Shown piece by piece: positions 1 through 13,900 of a stretch of 64,000 bases of DNA (its first letter is position 1; each line of letters starts with the position of its first letter). The stretch is from Sphagnum compactum (Eukaryota): NCBI GenBank assembly GCA_965153455.1, contig OZ234493.1, forward strand, positions 7,368,213-7,432,212, read 5' to 3'. The notes beneath the pieces are model-generated. The model saw only the letters and a program-made list of their open reading frames with translations, searched no databases and was not told the origin of the DNA. The position numbers and the translations under genes were made by a program.

Positions 1-1663
1 CATGCAAAAACATAATCTTCAAAAAATTCTCTAAAAAGAAACCGAAATCTTTCAAGATATTATAACTCTATAATAACTTATCTCAAGTTTTAACACAAGC
101 CAAAATGTCATAGTTCAAAAATCCTCATATAAAAATAGACCTCATTACCTAGGGGCCAAAATATCCCTTAAGCTACTATACTCTATAATGAATCTAAACA
201 CAATATCCTTTTTTGCCTTGGTAGGCAAGGCCAAAAAAAGGGCAATGTAGCTGATACAACACTATGCCTCCTAAGCATCTAGGGTAGACCTTTTGACTAC
301 AAAGTAAGACACTTAAACATATTTTTTGGAGTGTATTTGGAGGGCACCTTATATTCCTTAATATGGGTCTTTTTAAGATGGATCTTACACCTACTCCCTA
401 AGAGTGGGAGGGATGAACTTATGCCTACATCTATCTAGATGGAAGATCCCTCCAACTAACTCTCAAGGAGTAGGTGTAAGAACCTTATGCAAAATCAAAA
501 GTTAGGTTTTGTGGAGCTACTCATTCATACAAGTGGGAATATGATATCGTATTCCCACTTGTATGAGTAGCTCCACCCGTACCCGACATTTGGCCCAACA
601 ATATTTCTCACATCCTTAAATAATTTTTACTTATTTATTTTACTCCAAACCCCACCCCTAAACGTGAACCCATGATAGTAAAAGGTTGGAACTTTCTAGT
701 AACGAATCATCTAGACCATTCAATATATCTAACGGATCAAGAGTAATTGAGAATACATGTTGTGACTTTTGCCAACCTCATGATATTGAATAAGAATCTT
801 GAGCCACAATAATTTTATTGAGCTTGCCAAGATTTTTTAATAAAAAAATTCATCCAAAACATAATGTCCAATGTGCTTCTAGTGGTCTACTACTTCCATG
901 TCTTCATCATGCTTTCTTAATAGCTTTAGACAAAGTTCTCAAGAGCCTTTTTTAGAGATGCTCTAACAATGCACAAGAGGTATTGCCCTAGTACCTTAAC
1001 AAACTCATGGGCAATTTCTATTTTTTTTGAAAATTGTTGATTTTTTGAAAATTTTAGTTCCCAAAGTGTTGAAAATTTGAAATTTCAAGTTGCATAATGT
1101 CGAACATTTTGGAAACCTAAGAGTTATATAAGTCATGGTCATTAGCATGTTTTTTCATTTATTCTTCTTTTGTCATGACAATTATTATATATGTTTCATT
1201 TGACCAATAATAAAACTTTTAACTTTGGTGGATAATTGGATATTATTGTTGGTGCAAATGTTTGGTGGATATCATTTTGTAAATATCAAAATCTGACACA
1301 AGATTTATTTAGGAAACACATTTCAATGAAAATAATCACTATTTAGAGCTTTCACCCATAGTCAATGTTATTAACTTTTTTGCATGCATCCTAATTCAAT
1401 CCATTGTATTTTGAAATCAATAGATGTGAACTAAAATGTGGAAAAAAAAAAAAAAAAAAACAAAGAACATAAAGGCAAATGCAAAACAAGTATCAAGAAA
1501 TGTAAATTCATTAATATTATGTATCAAAATGATTGAAATCTTCATTCATGCAAAATTGTTAAATATCTTTGAAATGTGTCAAAGATCTTGAAAGTTTTAT
1601 ACTAGATGCCAAAATCATACAAATAAATAAATAGACTCCAGTGTAGGTGTTGGTTGAAGGTTC

Positions 1664-1894
1664 ATCAAGGCATCATGATGTGGTTGGTCACCCTGGCCAT
1701 GTGATGTGAACAGACCATTTATGAATGAATGGGGAATGCTTTTTTAAAGGTAGCTGAATTTGGCTTAGGGTTAGGGTTAGGGTTAGGGGTTTAGGGTTAT
1801 CAAGGCATCATCATGATGTGGTTGGTTACCCTGGCCATGTGATGTGAACAGCCCATTTATGAATGGGGAATGCTTTTTAAAAGGTAGGTGAATT
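1664..1894. repeat. Direct duplication (~95 bp x2) separated by telomere-like TTAGGG/TTTAGGG repeats
   Basis: catcatgatgtggttggt(c/t)accctggccatgtgatgtgaacag...ggggaatgcttttt...aaaggtag occurs at ~1664-1759 and ~1799-1894; ttagggttagggttagggttaggggtttagggtt lies between them (1765-1798). Confidence 0.85.
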
Positions 1895-4260
1895 GGTGTT
1901 GACATGAAGTAGACATATACCTACCCTAGTTCACAACACATGGTAGAGTAGGTAGTAACTAGGGTAGGTAGTAACCTTTAACAGTATGCCATGTGAAAAG
2001 GTTTTTTTTTTTTTTTCCTGGCTAAATTTAACCAATTGACAAAAAAATCTGTAATTTCTTGGCTTTCTAGTAGTCGCCAAATTTTGGAAATATACATAAT
2101 TTTTTGAAAATCTGCCAGAATTCTATAATGGGTTCTTTTTTTGCGTGTTTAGCCAGAAATGTCAACGATGCTTCAAAGAAATTTACTTTCACATCCTCCT
2201 GTTTATAGCCAAATTTGGCTAAACTGTCATCGGAATATGGATGATTTGCCACTTTAGCTACATATTCCAAAATTGACAAAGAACAATATTGGATGTGAGT
2301 GAGCAAGAGTCCACTTCAAAGGGTTGAATGTGATGTGATGGATGTGATGTTTGAATTAAGATGTTTCTATTGATGGTTTGATAGTGAAGGGAAAGCCTTG
2401 AATGACTTTGACAATCCTTCATCATTTGTTGTTCCCCATTGTTGTCCTCATCATCCCATCATCTATTGTTCCTCGTTGTAGTTGTCCCCATCATCTTTTG
2501 TTCCCTTTGCCAACTTTCTTCTTGTCCCATTGTTGAACTCATTATCCAAGTCATCGTCCACTATCATTGTCTCATGGTAAGTTTGTAATATGACTCGTTG
2601 CATGTGTAATGAATAACGTGCTTATAAATTTTCAACTCAACTTAAGATTGAATAAATTTTTTATGTAACCTACGTATTGTGATGTAATATACATTCGAGA
2701 ATGACATAGAAAAGAATATAAGTCCCTTCTATCAATATTTTTCAAGGTGAAAAAAGACTATCACCCAGAGCAGATGTTTGCTGAATATATCTCTCAGCAA
2801 AGTTTGCAAGAGACTTAACATGAACCATAATCCATGCATGTTGAGGAGCACCTTGATTTGACTGCATTTGCAGTGAACCTTAAGTTGAGTGCATTTAGAA
2901 TAATGCCTTATAATTCGCTTCATGGTTTAGACTGCATCCACTTTTCACAAATCCTGGTTAGGGACACTCAAAGCAATCACAGCAAGAGCAAGCCCAAAAC
3001 AAGCTACAATCTTCACATTAGTGCCCATTCACCTACAGCAAATGTTGCAGGCTACTTGGAGCTTAGTTAGAAACTAGAAACCCTCATGCAAGTGTTGTGG
3101 GCTACTTGAAGCTTAGCTAGAAACTAGGAATCCTCCTCATGCAGTCTACTCCCAGTACCTGGTGAGTCAACACTCCCACACCAAGTAGCAGATGTAAAGC
3201 ACTAAATGAATATTGGAGCTGGGAATCATTCAGGACAGAGACTTGTTTCAGCTTCATGGGCACAGTAGTGTCAGAGTCCCAGTCTCCTGTATTAGAAGAA
3301 TGGCTCCACATTGATGATTTTGCCTGCACATTCTCACAATCTGTGCATCCTCTCCCCACTCTCTGTATACACGGGTAGTGTTGAGCTGACTTCACATCTA
3401 ATTATGAAAGCTATATTTTGACCCAACTTCAGGAGAATCTGTTCTTAACAGTCTACTACACTGCTGTCGTTCAGAACATGTGTTATTGAAAGGGTCTATG
3501 ATCTTTCACAGATGTGTCTCGATAACAATCTCCTATCTCATGAGTTTCAATGGGTACACACTTAAGCAATCAGCAAGGTGCAGGAAAAAAATTCACTCAA
3601 TACACCCCATACCCTTCACCACTATTGAGAAGTAACAGAATCCTGAGTGTGACTTGGACATGATCAAATATGAATGATTTCAAATTGCCTCTGGCTCTGA
3701 AAGGTAATTTTTAATAGTCACTCTCAAATTCAATAATCAACTATAAAGCCTGTGCATCAGTCTCTAGGGTTTAGCTTTCCAATTATTCAATGGAGCCCAC
3801 AAAGTTTTTCTTACAAAGAGTGACAATTTGATGCACAGACCCCTTTGCCACTCTGCAGCATTGCACTCATCTAACCTTCATGCCCCTTCTCAACAAGTTT
3901 CTTGCTTTTGATCCTGTGGATAGGGTGCACTCATTGGAGTGATGGTTGCTTTCAATCTTACTGGCAGAGACACTCACTGGAGTGACAGCTGCAACTCCCT
4001 TATTACACATAAGAAACCCACATAACCAAAGTGGGGCGCTCATGAAACTGTAACAAATCACCTGCACCACTTGCCACATGACATGTGCTTAAATCAAATC
4101 TGTCAACAATTGAGCAAGATGCATTGACTATGGAAACCTGAAAAAATCCAAACCACCAACTCAACCAATCCTGTTTGTGTGTACAAGTCCAGTATCACAA
4201 ATAATTCCATGCCGGTGTCTCAAACACATCCGTGGAAATCACCTTATATCCAGATGGTTG

Positions 4261-7200
4261 TTAGGTCGTTGAGTTTGTCTTGGTCAAATGGACTGCAGCA
4301 TGATCCTCCAAATACTCCACACCCTGCATTTCTGTCAATCTGTGCACACACAATAAAAATTCACACGTCTTTAACAGATTCTAACCAAACGGAACAAATG
4401 TGACCACAAGAAACCTGGACTGGACTATCACAGCAAAAGACAACATAACAAGACGATGCTGACATTCTGAGTCTGCAGTGTGACAATTGAACTTTCTGAA
4501 CAGTAAAATGCAAATTTTACCTGCTACAAGTGCGATCCTTGGCAAACCCCAACTCATTGTCCACCAACAGATCCGCATCATCACTATGACTTGAGCGGGA
4601 ATTTTTCCTGCGGGGTGCATCTCGAATGGTCACCACCTTTGCAAACAGCTCCAATGCTGGTGCTTCTGCTGAACATAGGAAACGAGCTCTATGCTCATAC
4701 ATAACCTTCCCAACCAACCAAGCACACACTTAGAAACTTGTGACTGCCAGCCTATACGAAGCTCTAACCCATACGCTTGGCACCAAGCTTTGACCACTAA
4801 CCCTAGGTCACATTGTACACGTGCAAAATTGGGTGTTCAACTCTCCTCCAAAATATAGCATCACTCAAATAGGCAGTGATGTAATTCCCAAGTTCACAAT
4901 TACAAGTATTTACTATAACAAGAAACAGAGAGGATCTTACATCCACAAGAGTTACAAACCGATAAGCTGAGGAGCGGTTATGGGAACCAAACACAGGAAC
5001 ACCATCCAATGCCAGAGTGTGAAAACTTTCTGCTCCTCCAAGCCACACACAGTGCAATCCTCCATCAGCTAACTTTATGGATGCCATTGCCTTCTGCTTG
5101 TCTAATCAAGAGGCAAATGACATTGGGGTCCCCCACAAAATTCAGGGTCAAGGTCTCAAGTTCAGATCAATTACGGAAGAGTCCAATGTAGTCAGCTGCA
5201 CCCAATGGCATATCACACAGCTCGTGAAACTGGAAGAAGGCACACCCAGCAGCTGACAAAGGGACCTGCATGATCAGAGGGATGCCAACAACTTTCAAAA
5301 CCAGAATTGGCAAAGTAGTGCCATCTGTCTCTTATTATAAGCTGCTTGAAACACTGACCTGCAGTCTTCTACCCATAACCACTTCCACAGTTGTTGGCAC
5401 TGCTTTTTCATCGTGTAGCAGAGACTGAAATTTCATTTGCAATAACTCTGATGCTCCAGGACCAGTGAAATAGTGGCCTGCCACAGCCTGCAAAGCAAAA
5501 AATCTTTTGTTATTGATTCATGGGTTGTGGATGTGATCCAATGCAGATTCAATATGAATTTTGGGTATGCTGCTGATACAGAATGTTTTGAGAAGTTTGA
5601 AGTAGATTACCGCAGCCAGCTTCCGGTAATCAGTTGCTGAATCTATTTTGTGTATCACACACCTATCCTGCACATGAACAAAACATGTCAACAACAAATG
5701 CATTTGCCAACTGAAAAAAATGAAAATTCAACACTAGGAGAATGTGCAACCACCATGAGCTACAAGGATATAAAAGGACCAGCTGATTTCACACCAGATC
5801 ATCTAGAAGGTTCACATTAGACACAAAGGAGAGGATTGTTTGTGTCACAGTACTTTCAGACGAGCAATAAATGGCAGAAATAAATCCCTCTGCAAGCCAC
5901 CTTCATAGAGTTGATCAGGTGCCCTATTAGATGTTGATACTAGAACCTGTCACATGATCAACTGCGCATGTCAACTCATTGTACTGAGATTCCTTCCAGC
6001 ATCCAACTTCACTTCGGCTTCAGTAGCTTGAGATCCAGGGATGTTGAAGCTATGAACCTTGCTAGGCTGCACTGCTAGCACATTTAATATCTTTCATAAG
6101 AATAGAGAAATCTCCATTCTCACAACGAAGAAAGAACACAGCCAGGTTAACACTTCCTCAAGAAGCCACAGAAAGTTCCAAACTAGGAAAGACAAAAACA
6201 AAAAACAACAGTATGAACAAAAGTGCCAGTCTCACACTTGTTCAGGGACCATCAAGAGTAGTATGTATGCTAGCACATTTAACTACAAATCCCATCATGG
6301 TAGTATGTGAGATCTAAAATTGGGGCAGTGAAGATATGTACTTCCACAGCAAGAATAGTGTGCAAAAAACAGCTATATTACTCATAAGAGTGCAGAAATA
6401 CTCACAAGTCCTTGTTTGAACAGGTGGTCAAAAAGCCGATTCAAGATGAGAGCATCAGCAACATCAGTAACCTACACAACCATAAAGAAGATCAATCCAG
6501 CCTTCGAGGAGCCCCTTGATGTAAACTGCCAGATTGACAACAAAATAAGTGTCCGCTGATACATGCTCCCAAGATTTGCTCTGGGAATGAATATCCAAAT
6601 TAAAAACTGGTTCATTTTCAGGAGAGCCAACCATAAACTCGTCAATACAGAGCAAAATAGACTCTTCGACAATGTCCTCAGCCACAACCTCCAACGGATC
6701 CGTCATTCCTCTGCTTCTCTGTATTGTCACAGATCAACAAAACAAAAGTCTAGCTGAGTATGCTTAAATTCTTTTAACTGGAATACAAAAAAATAAAATG
6801 AGACGGCAAATTACAGCCCCCACAAATTCTTTAGCTGTTGTTAAACTTACATGAACAGCTGCTATAAATTCCTCAATATATGAGCTCGAAGCTAATAGAT
6901 CCCTAGACTCACACCTGTTGCTCCAAGGCAGTGTCATACAATTTAGCATGCAGCTTTACAAGAAACCCTAGTTTATAACTATTCATAGACTGCTCACTAA
7001 TTGCTAATAAGACAAAAGTGATTTGTCCAGGGTTTTGAAACAACAGCTTACTTGCAAACGAGTGTGTACATTGATCATGAAATCATGAAAGTGAATCCTT
7101 CTCTTTCTCCATGTCTTGGGCCTTGCAGATAAGGAATGAAACCATGTCAGTACCATTTCGTGCTGGAAGAAATAATGACAGAAGCTGAGAAACACTTAGT

Positions 7201-8626
7201 AAAGGGCCAGGAAAGCATGGAAGAAGAAGAAGAAGCTCACAGTTGTTCATAAAACATATCCATGAGCATGGTCTTCCCAGTGCCTACACCTCCATACATA
7301 TATAACCCACGAGGAGATGCTGGTGAAGATCTGCGCATCAAGCGTTGCCATAGCCAACCTCCAGCACTGCAGCCCACACAACCCTAAAAATAATCAAACA
7401 CAAGGTAGCACTGTGATACCATGCACTCTCTGGAACTCGTCACAACTTGATGCAAATGACCCAAAAAATGGTGGCCCATTCATTATACCTTCTACTATAA
7501 GACTGTGGGACAGGCAACCTGCTGTCGAGCCCAATATCATCAGATTTGCGCCAAAGCTCATCGTACAAATCTTGCAGTGCATTTACTGTGCTTTCCTACA
7601 AGACACACCAAAAGAGGCTTTCAACTCTGTTGAGAGTGAGCTGTGAAGGAGAGAGAGCATGCCAGAAAAAAATTCCATAGACTCTCTCACTCATGCACCT
7701 CAATCAATGATTTTGTAACAAAACAAACAAACAAAATTGGGTTGTGGTTCAAAGGCCTTCTTCTTCCTTCTTCTCTTGACTCCTTGGATTTTTTGGGTTT
7801 AGGGTTGGTCAACTGGGGATTTCTTTCATTGCCATAGCTGGGCTTCCAAAACAACAAACAATCTTCTTCTGCAAAGCTTGGGCAAGATTTTGTTGGACAA
7901 AGAGGGGGAAAAAAAAACACACCTGAAACTTGTCTTGACTCCTTGGATTTTTAGGGTTTAGGGTTGGTATCAACAGAGGATTTCTTGCATTGCCATAGCT
8001 GGGCTTCCAAAACAACAATTCTTCTTCTGCAAAGCTTTGGCAAGAGTTTGTTGGACAAAGAGCGGAAAAAAACACACACACATACCTGAAACTTGTCTCC
8101 TGGATGAACATCTCCAGAAGCGATGCGACGCTCGTATTCCGCCATAGGACTGAACTTGAACTCCTGCCCAGTTGTTTCAGCAGCTGCTGCTGATTCACAA
8201 CAACAACAGGAAAGGTGCACTCACCAAATTGAAGACCCACCATCGCCATCTCCGACAACAAAAACCAAAAATACCCATAAAACAAAAGAACCAATATATC
8301 TCTACGTGAACATATCTTTGGAAGCTTACTTACATACCTTCATAGCTTGGCGCCGAAGACGAAGCAGCCCTCCTCCACCAGGCCTCATAAGCGGCAATCT
8401 TCCGGTTGCTCAAGGGAAGCATGTATTTCTGCTTCACACATGATGAGCAGTGGTCATACTTCTTGTCATGACATTCCAGTGCACTTGGTGGGACAGTAGC
8501 AGTAGCAGTAGTAGTGATCAACGAGCTCCACTGCCCCTCCTTGTTGTTCTTCTTCGTCTGCTTCGCAAAATAATGTGTGCGTGCAAGCGTTTTTCCAGCA
8601 GCTCGCACTGCTGCTGCTCTCATCAT
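4261..8626 (-). CDS. AFG1: AFG1/ZapE-family (LACE1-like) ATPase, multi-exon
   Basis: Spliced exons give [20 protein letters not shown] (Walker A, ~7245-7310), [30 protein letters not shown] (Walker B), [50 protein letters not shown] and [16 protein letters not shown]...TAA (4261). The Arg/Ala-rich N-terminus resembles a mitochondrial transit peptide. Introns are GT-AG. Confidence 0.93.
6073..6282 (-). mobile_element. 180-bp intronic insertion flanked by a 15-bp direct repeat (probable 5'-truncated retroposed fragment)
   Basis: tgctagcacatttaa at 6073-6087 and 6268-6282. The insert starts tatctttcataagaatagagaaatctccattctcac, the same as the insert at 16213. Confidence 0.6.
7773..8098. repeat. 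Tandem duplication (~162 bp x2) spanning the AFG1 exon 2 donor site and the start of intron 2
   Basis: cttgactccttggattttt...gccatagctgggcttccaaaacaac...gttggacaaagag...acctgaaacttgtc occurs at ~7773-7935 and ~7933-8098. Confidence 0.85.
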
Positions 8627-9924
8627 GAAGAAGAATCCTTCCTTGCAAATCCAAAACCCTTTCTTTTGATCCGGCTGAATGGATCAATCTTTCTCACAAA
8701 TGGATCTCGAAGAAACATGGGATTTTTTATTTTTATTTTTTTTGATCCGAAGAAAGAAAACCCAACAAAATTTTAAGCAAATCCAAACAATTTATTCAAA
8801 CCTATGTTCTGGTCGATCATAGTCTTTTTATTCATTCACTCCCAAACCCAACCAAAAAACAAAAGAGGAAACAAAAAGCAGCAGTTTTGCTTCTTTTGCT
8901 TCTTGCTCCAAAATACTTAAGAACTGCTGCCCATCTCTTTTGTTCTTGCTTGCAACCCATCATCCCCATCTCTTTGGGATAAACATCTAGATTCAGAAAA
9001 GGACAGACTCCATCGTGACCCCAAGCAAAAAACAGCAAACACCCAAGAAAGAAGCAAAACTGGCACCAAATTTGGAGCTTTTTTTGGGTTGTTTGCAATT
9101 TATTTGTAGCATGATTCTCGCACATTCTCCTCTCGGCACTCCTTCCTTTTCAGATGCTTTCTTTCTTTGCAAACATGGTTGTTTTTTTTTTTTTCTTCCT
9201 TTCTTTTAAAATTTTATGATCCTCTGTCTCTCTTCAGGGCCCACTGATCCTACCAATTATTAGGCCATGACTTTCTCATTTGTTGTACTGCCTTTGACTA
9301 TGTATTTGCACAGTTTCCCACACAAGACAGTACATGAGCAAAGAGTTGTTTTTAGGTTTTGAAACCATACCAAGTATGTTTGAGATGATTCTTTATCATT
9401 GGATTTTTAACATCTTCTTCTTCAGAGGACAAATTTTTCTCTGAATGTTTCAATTGACAAAAATTTGCACATCCTTTCATTCACGTTATAAGAACTTAGA
9501 AACACAAGCATGGGAGATGTATGCAGTTTCAAATGTCACTTTATTTTGACCTTCATGCCTAAACCAATCTTTTCACACCAAATCCACATTCGAAAAAAGT
9601 GATTTTGTCGAGTTTTGGATCTCAAATCAATTGGGTAAATGAGGTTTGCCCCATGTTTTGAATTGTTAAAGAAATAACCCTCGTACGAATTCCCAACTTT
9701 TGAAAACCCATGGAATACACTCACAAGTTTACAAATTATAATAACCTTAATCAACAAAGTCATTAAACCCTAATCAACAAATCCAAGTCATTAAACCCTA
9801 ATCAACAAAACCCTGTACAAAAACAAAGTACTGTTAAAGCCTGCTTTTTCTTTTTTCCTTGTCTGCCCTTGTTGTGATTCTTTTTCTTTTTTTTTCCCTC
9901 AAACAAAAAAGATGGATTGATGCC

Positions 9925-10310
9925 CAGACACACTCTGGTGCTGCCCATCATTAATAGGACCCAAAGTCTATATATCGGGTAGCACCAAATTGTGTCCATT
10001 TTGGGTGGGTTCTGTTAAATGGGCAGCACCAAAATTGTGTCTAGGCAGCCCATTTAAACAGGGACCCAAAATCTATAATGGGCACCATAAAAATTGTGGC
10101 CATTTTGGGTCCTGTTACATGGGCAGCATCAAAATGTGTCCATATTTTGAGTCCTGTCAAATGGGCAGCACCAAAATGTCTGTAGGCAGCCCATTTAACA
10201 GGACCCAAAGTCTATTATGGGCAGCATCAAAATGTGTCCATTATCGGTCCTGTTAATGGGCAGCACCAAAATGTGTCCAGGCATCTCCAGACACATCTTG
10301 GATGGGCAAA
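9925..10310. repeat. Minisatellite with units in both orientations (foldback-like)
   Basis: Repeated atgggcagca(c/t)caaaatgtgtcc...gggtcctgtta units alternate with the reverse complement gcccattta(a)acaggacccaaa. Confidence 0.8.
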
Positions 10311-10599
10311 TGGGCAGTCAAGGAAAAAAATTATATTAGGTATTTTTTTTGCTCTGATGGTGGGTGAGAGCCCAAAAAGAAAACCTAATAATAAACTTTG
10401 ATCTCACCCTATTGTTTTTTAAGGATATGATGCTAGGTTTTTTTATAGCAATAAATATATTTAACGTGTATATAAATTAGAACCCATAGCCATTTAATTT
10501 AAGACATTCAAATGGAATGAACTATTAGAATAAAATTACTGAATGGAAAGAAAAGATGTTAAAATCACACACTTACAAAAAATTGTTATATATGTAAAG

Positions 10600-10920
10600 A
10601 AATATAGCCAATTGTGGCAATCATCCATATGAAGCAGTGTTTTTTTTTTTTGGTGAAAACATTTCTCCAAATTTCAACCTGAAAAATATGATTTCGACCT
10701 ATACAAAGGATTTTCCATGGAAAAAATGGCCCAAATTTTTCCAGACTTCAAGGGGAAAAAAAATCCAAATTGCCAAATTTTTATGATAAGTTCTTGTAGG
10801 TAGCCAAGAATATAGAAGGATTCTATTTTTTTTAAAAACTTTCATATCTAGTCTATAGCCTAATCTAGCTAAATCATCTTATGGATGATTGCCACTTCCG
10901 CTACATCACAAAATTGGAAA
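10600..10920 (+). repeat. Dispersed non-coding repeat family; related copies at ~50790-51145, ~2070-2280 and ~32090-32370
   Basis: Shared motifs aaaaatggcccaaatt...ccaga, gtagccaa(g/a)aatatagaa(g/a)gatt and ggatgat(t/c)gccactt...ctacatcaca. Confidence 0.7.
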
Positions 10921-13900
10921 AAAAAAACCTAATGCGAAGATGCACCCAAATTTGGCCATACACAAAAAAGAAAGTTAATTTTTAAAAAAATCCCTATGTA
11001 TTGATGGCTACATACTATAACCTAATAAAGAAATCTACCAAAATTTATTATTATTATTTTTCAAAATTTGAGAATATAAAAGCTTAAACCTTTCTTTTTT
11101 TCAAAATTTCTATTTTTAATTTTGCCACTAAAAATGATGCTTACCAAATGAAAGTTTAAAAACATCTCCATTGCAATAGGTTGTTTTCTTATTATTGTGT
11201 GTGTGTTTTTTAAGGGGGGATTTTTTTTTTGTCTTTTCACAATGGTGATTTCTTTTTTTTGAAGAAGTCCTTGCAAGTTTTTGAACTTGTTCTCTCTCAC
11301 CATTCATCCAATTTTTTTGTTAGGATTTTAATGCTTTTAAAAATCATCTCAATGAGGTGATTAGTTTCTTGTTTCGACTATGTATGAAGATTGTGGCATG
11401 TGATGACGGTGTTGTAACAAGTTTTAACTTTGTGCATGATCTTGTGAAGGTCCTTGGTAACGTGAAAATTTTTACATGTTTCTAGAAGGAGACCGTGCTA
11501 AAGCTTGACATTCTTGTTTGTCATATCTTGCAATGATATGAGTTTGTTGTTGCTAATAACGTGTTGTTAAGTTTGTTGTTTCTTTTTTGGGAATCTAAAC
11601 TTTTCATCATTCTTCATGCATCGAAAACATGCTTAAGTTTTGTTACTATTGCAATGTTTCTTTTTTGGTTTGCTCTAGTTGTGAGTTTTGTTTTATTTTT
11701 CATGCTTTTGTTGTTCCTAACTGAGAGCTTTGAGATCCTTGGATGAGAAGCTCTTCAACAATTGATCATCATATGAGATTTGTAAAACCGGGAATTAACA
11801 ATTTCATGCTTCACAAGAAAATTTATACTGTGCTTATGATGAGGCACACTCAACTTGCAATAGGGTTTTCTCGACTTAAACCCAACAAGCTTTTTAGATC
11901 ACCTTATCTTTTATATGATTTTTAGACCAATTTACAATGGAGATGTTCTAAAAGTTATTTTGTTGTATTTGTACCCCGTTTTATGAACATATTTCACTAT
12001 CTCTTGTCCACATTTTTTTCCCATTATGGCATAAGAAGGAGTGTAAGAGGGATTGCATTATTATGAAAAACTTGTGATTATAAATCAAAACAATGGTCAT
12101 GAATGGGTCATACGTTAGTTATAACACATCAAATGGAGAATACAAAAAATAAAGATTACAACAATATATAAAGTCACATTAACTATTAGCTCCTATTCAA
12201 ATAACCTTGTTATTTGTTTAAAATGAGCTTTAATGTTGAAGCATGTAAATTAGAACCATAACAGTAAATTTTAAAAAGATAATGACAAATAAATTCTTGT
12301 ATTCAAAACATGTCTCTTACTAAGTAAACATTTAAGACATAATTACTAAACTTTTAGATCATATCTCATTATGAATGTTTATATGAACCAATTGATGATG
12401 CATTTAACATTAGTGCATTCATAAAGAATCAAACAACTATTAGGTTCATGTGATACAATGAACAACACGATCCCAATCACATTATGCAAATACAAATGAG
12501 GTTATTTCAATATCTAATATTTTAGAAACTCATAAATGTTTGGTTATAATAAAATTATATTAAAAATCACCTTATCTTTGCACCCTTTTTCATCCCCCGA
12601 CCTCTCTTGAAGCTTCAAATGTTGTTATCCACAAACATTAAAATTAAAATTAAAATTGCGTGTGATAGATTTTGTTTATTGCACATGATTTTTCAAAAAA
12701 ATCCTTTATTGATAATAATAGTAGTGAAATTGCACAAACTTAAAGTGAAACTAATTTTACCATCAATAATGGGGTAAAAGTAGTTTCACACCATGTTCAA
12801 ATGAGTGTACTTGTCTAGTGAATGTTTTAATTACATCCTTCATTATAACCAAACTACATGTGTTATTTTATTTTTTTTACAAAAAATAAATATTTAATTA
12901 TTTGACCTACCAACAGGGCATAAACTTGTAATCACTAACTTGACATGAACAATAAATGTCCATTAGCAATTACATATCATATTAAATAGACTTGAAATGA
13001 ATTAATGAATGCTTATGTACACTGTTTAACAACATAATAAATGTTGGAATTGATGGAAATGGAACAATTGCATTCAACTATTGTTACTTTGGATTTGATA
13101 ATCCATTTGATGTGTATTATAAGTTTTTTGCAACATTGAAATGCATAATTAAATCCTTGCAATCATATCCATTTCTTTTGTACTCCATTCATGTGAAAAG
13201 AAATTTTCATTATTGTAAGATTTGATGGTAAAATTTTGGCCTGAACATGGAACTAACTAACACACCCTAGGTACTAACTCTCTATTTCAATGGTCATGGG
13301 CTGTTAATCTCTAGTGTAAAGGGGGCCATAATGGAGGTAGCTTAAGCCTAGAATTCCAATTTACAATCTTCTAGATTATATTGTCAATCAACAACCATTT
13401 TGGTGTTAAAGGATATTTTTCTTAGTATTGCCAAAGTTTATAAAAATATTGTTCACCAAAAACATCATAGCTCAAGGCTCAAATGACCTTGTATACATAT
13501 ATCAATTTTCAATTTTAAATTTTACACTAGAAAGCAAACATAGGGTGCACTTTATGATTTTCAAAAGAAAGAAAGGAATGGGAGACTAGAAATGTTCTTC
13601 AATACGGTCCCCAACACTTTTGACTCCTTATCATTCTTTTGGTCATAACTTAAGTTTCTATCTCCAAAGGGAGAACGCAAACTCATTTTCAATATTTGTG
13701 TTTCAAAACTTGTGAATGGTTTTAAGAAAGTTCAATTTGGACAATGTTTGTTATTTGCATACTTGTTTCAATGATTTTAAACATTCACAAAACTCCAACT
13801 CCCAAAGTGAAGTTTCAAACTCATTTCCTTGCACTCTCACATATTCTTATGTCCCACTTGTGAGAATGTGTTTGAGTCCATCGACATTATTTTGCCCTTC

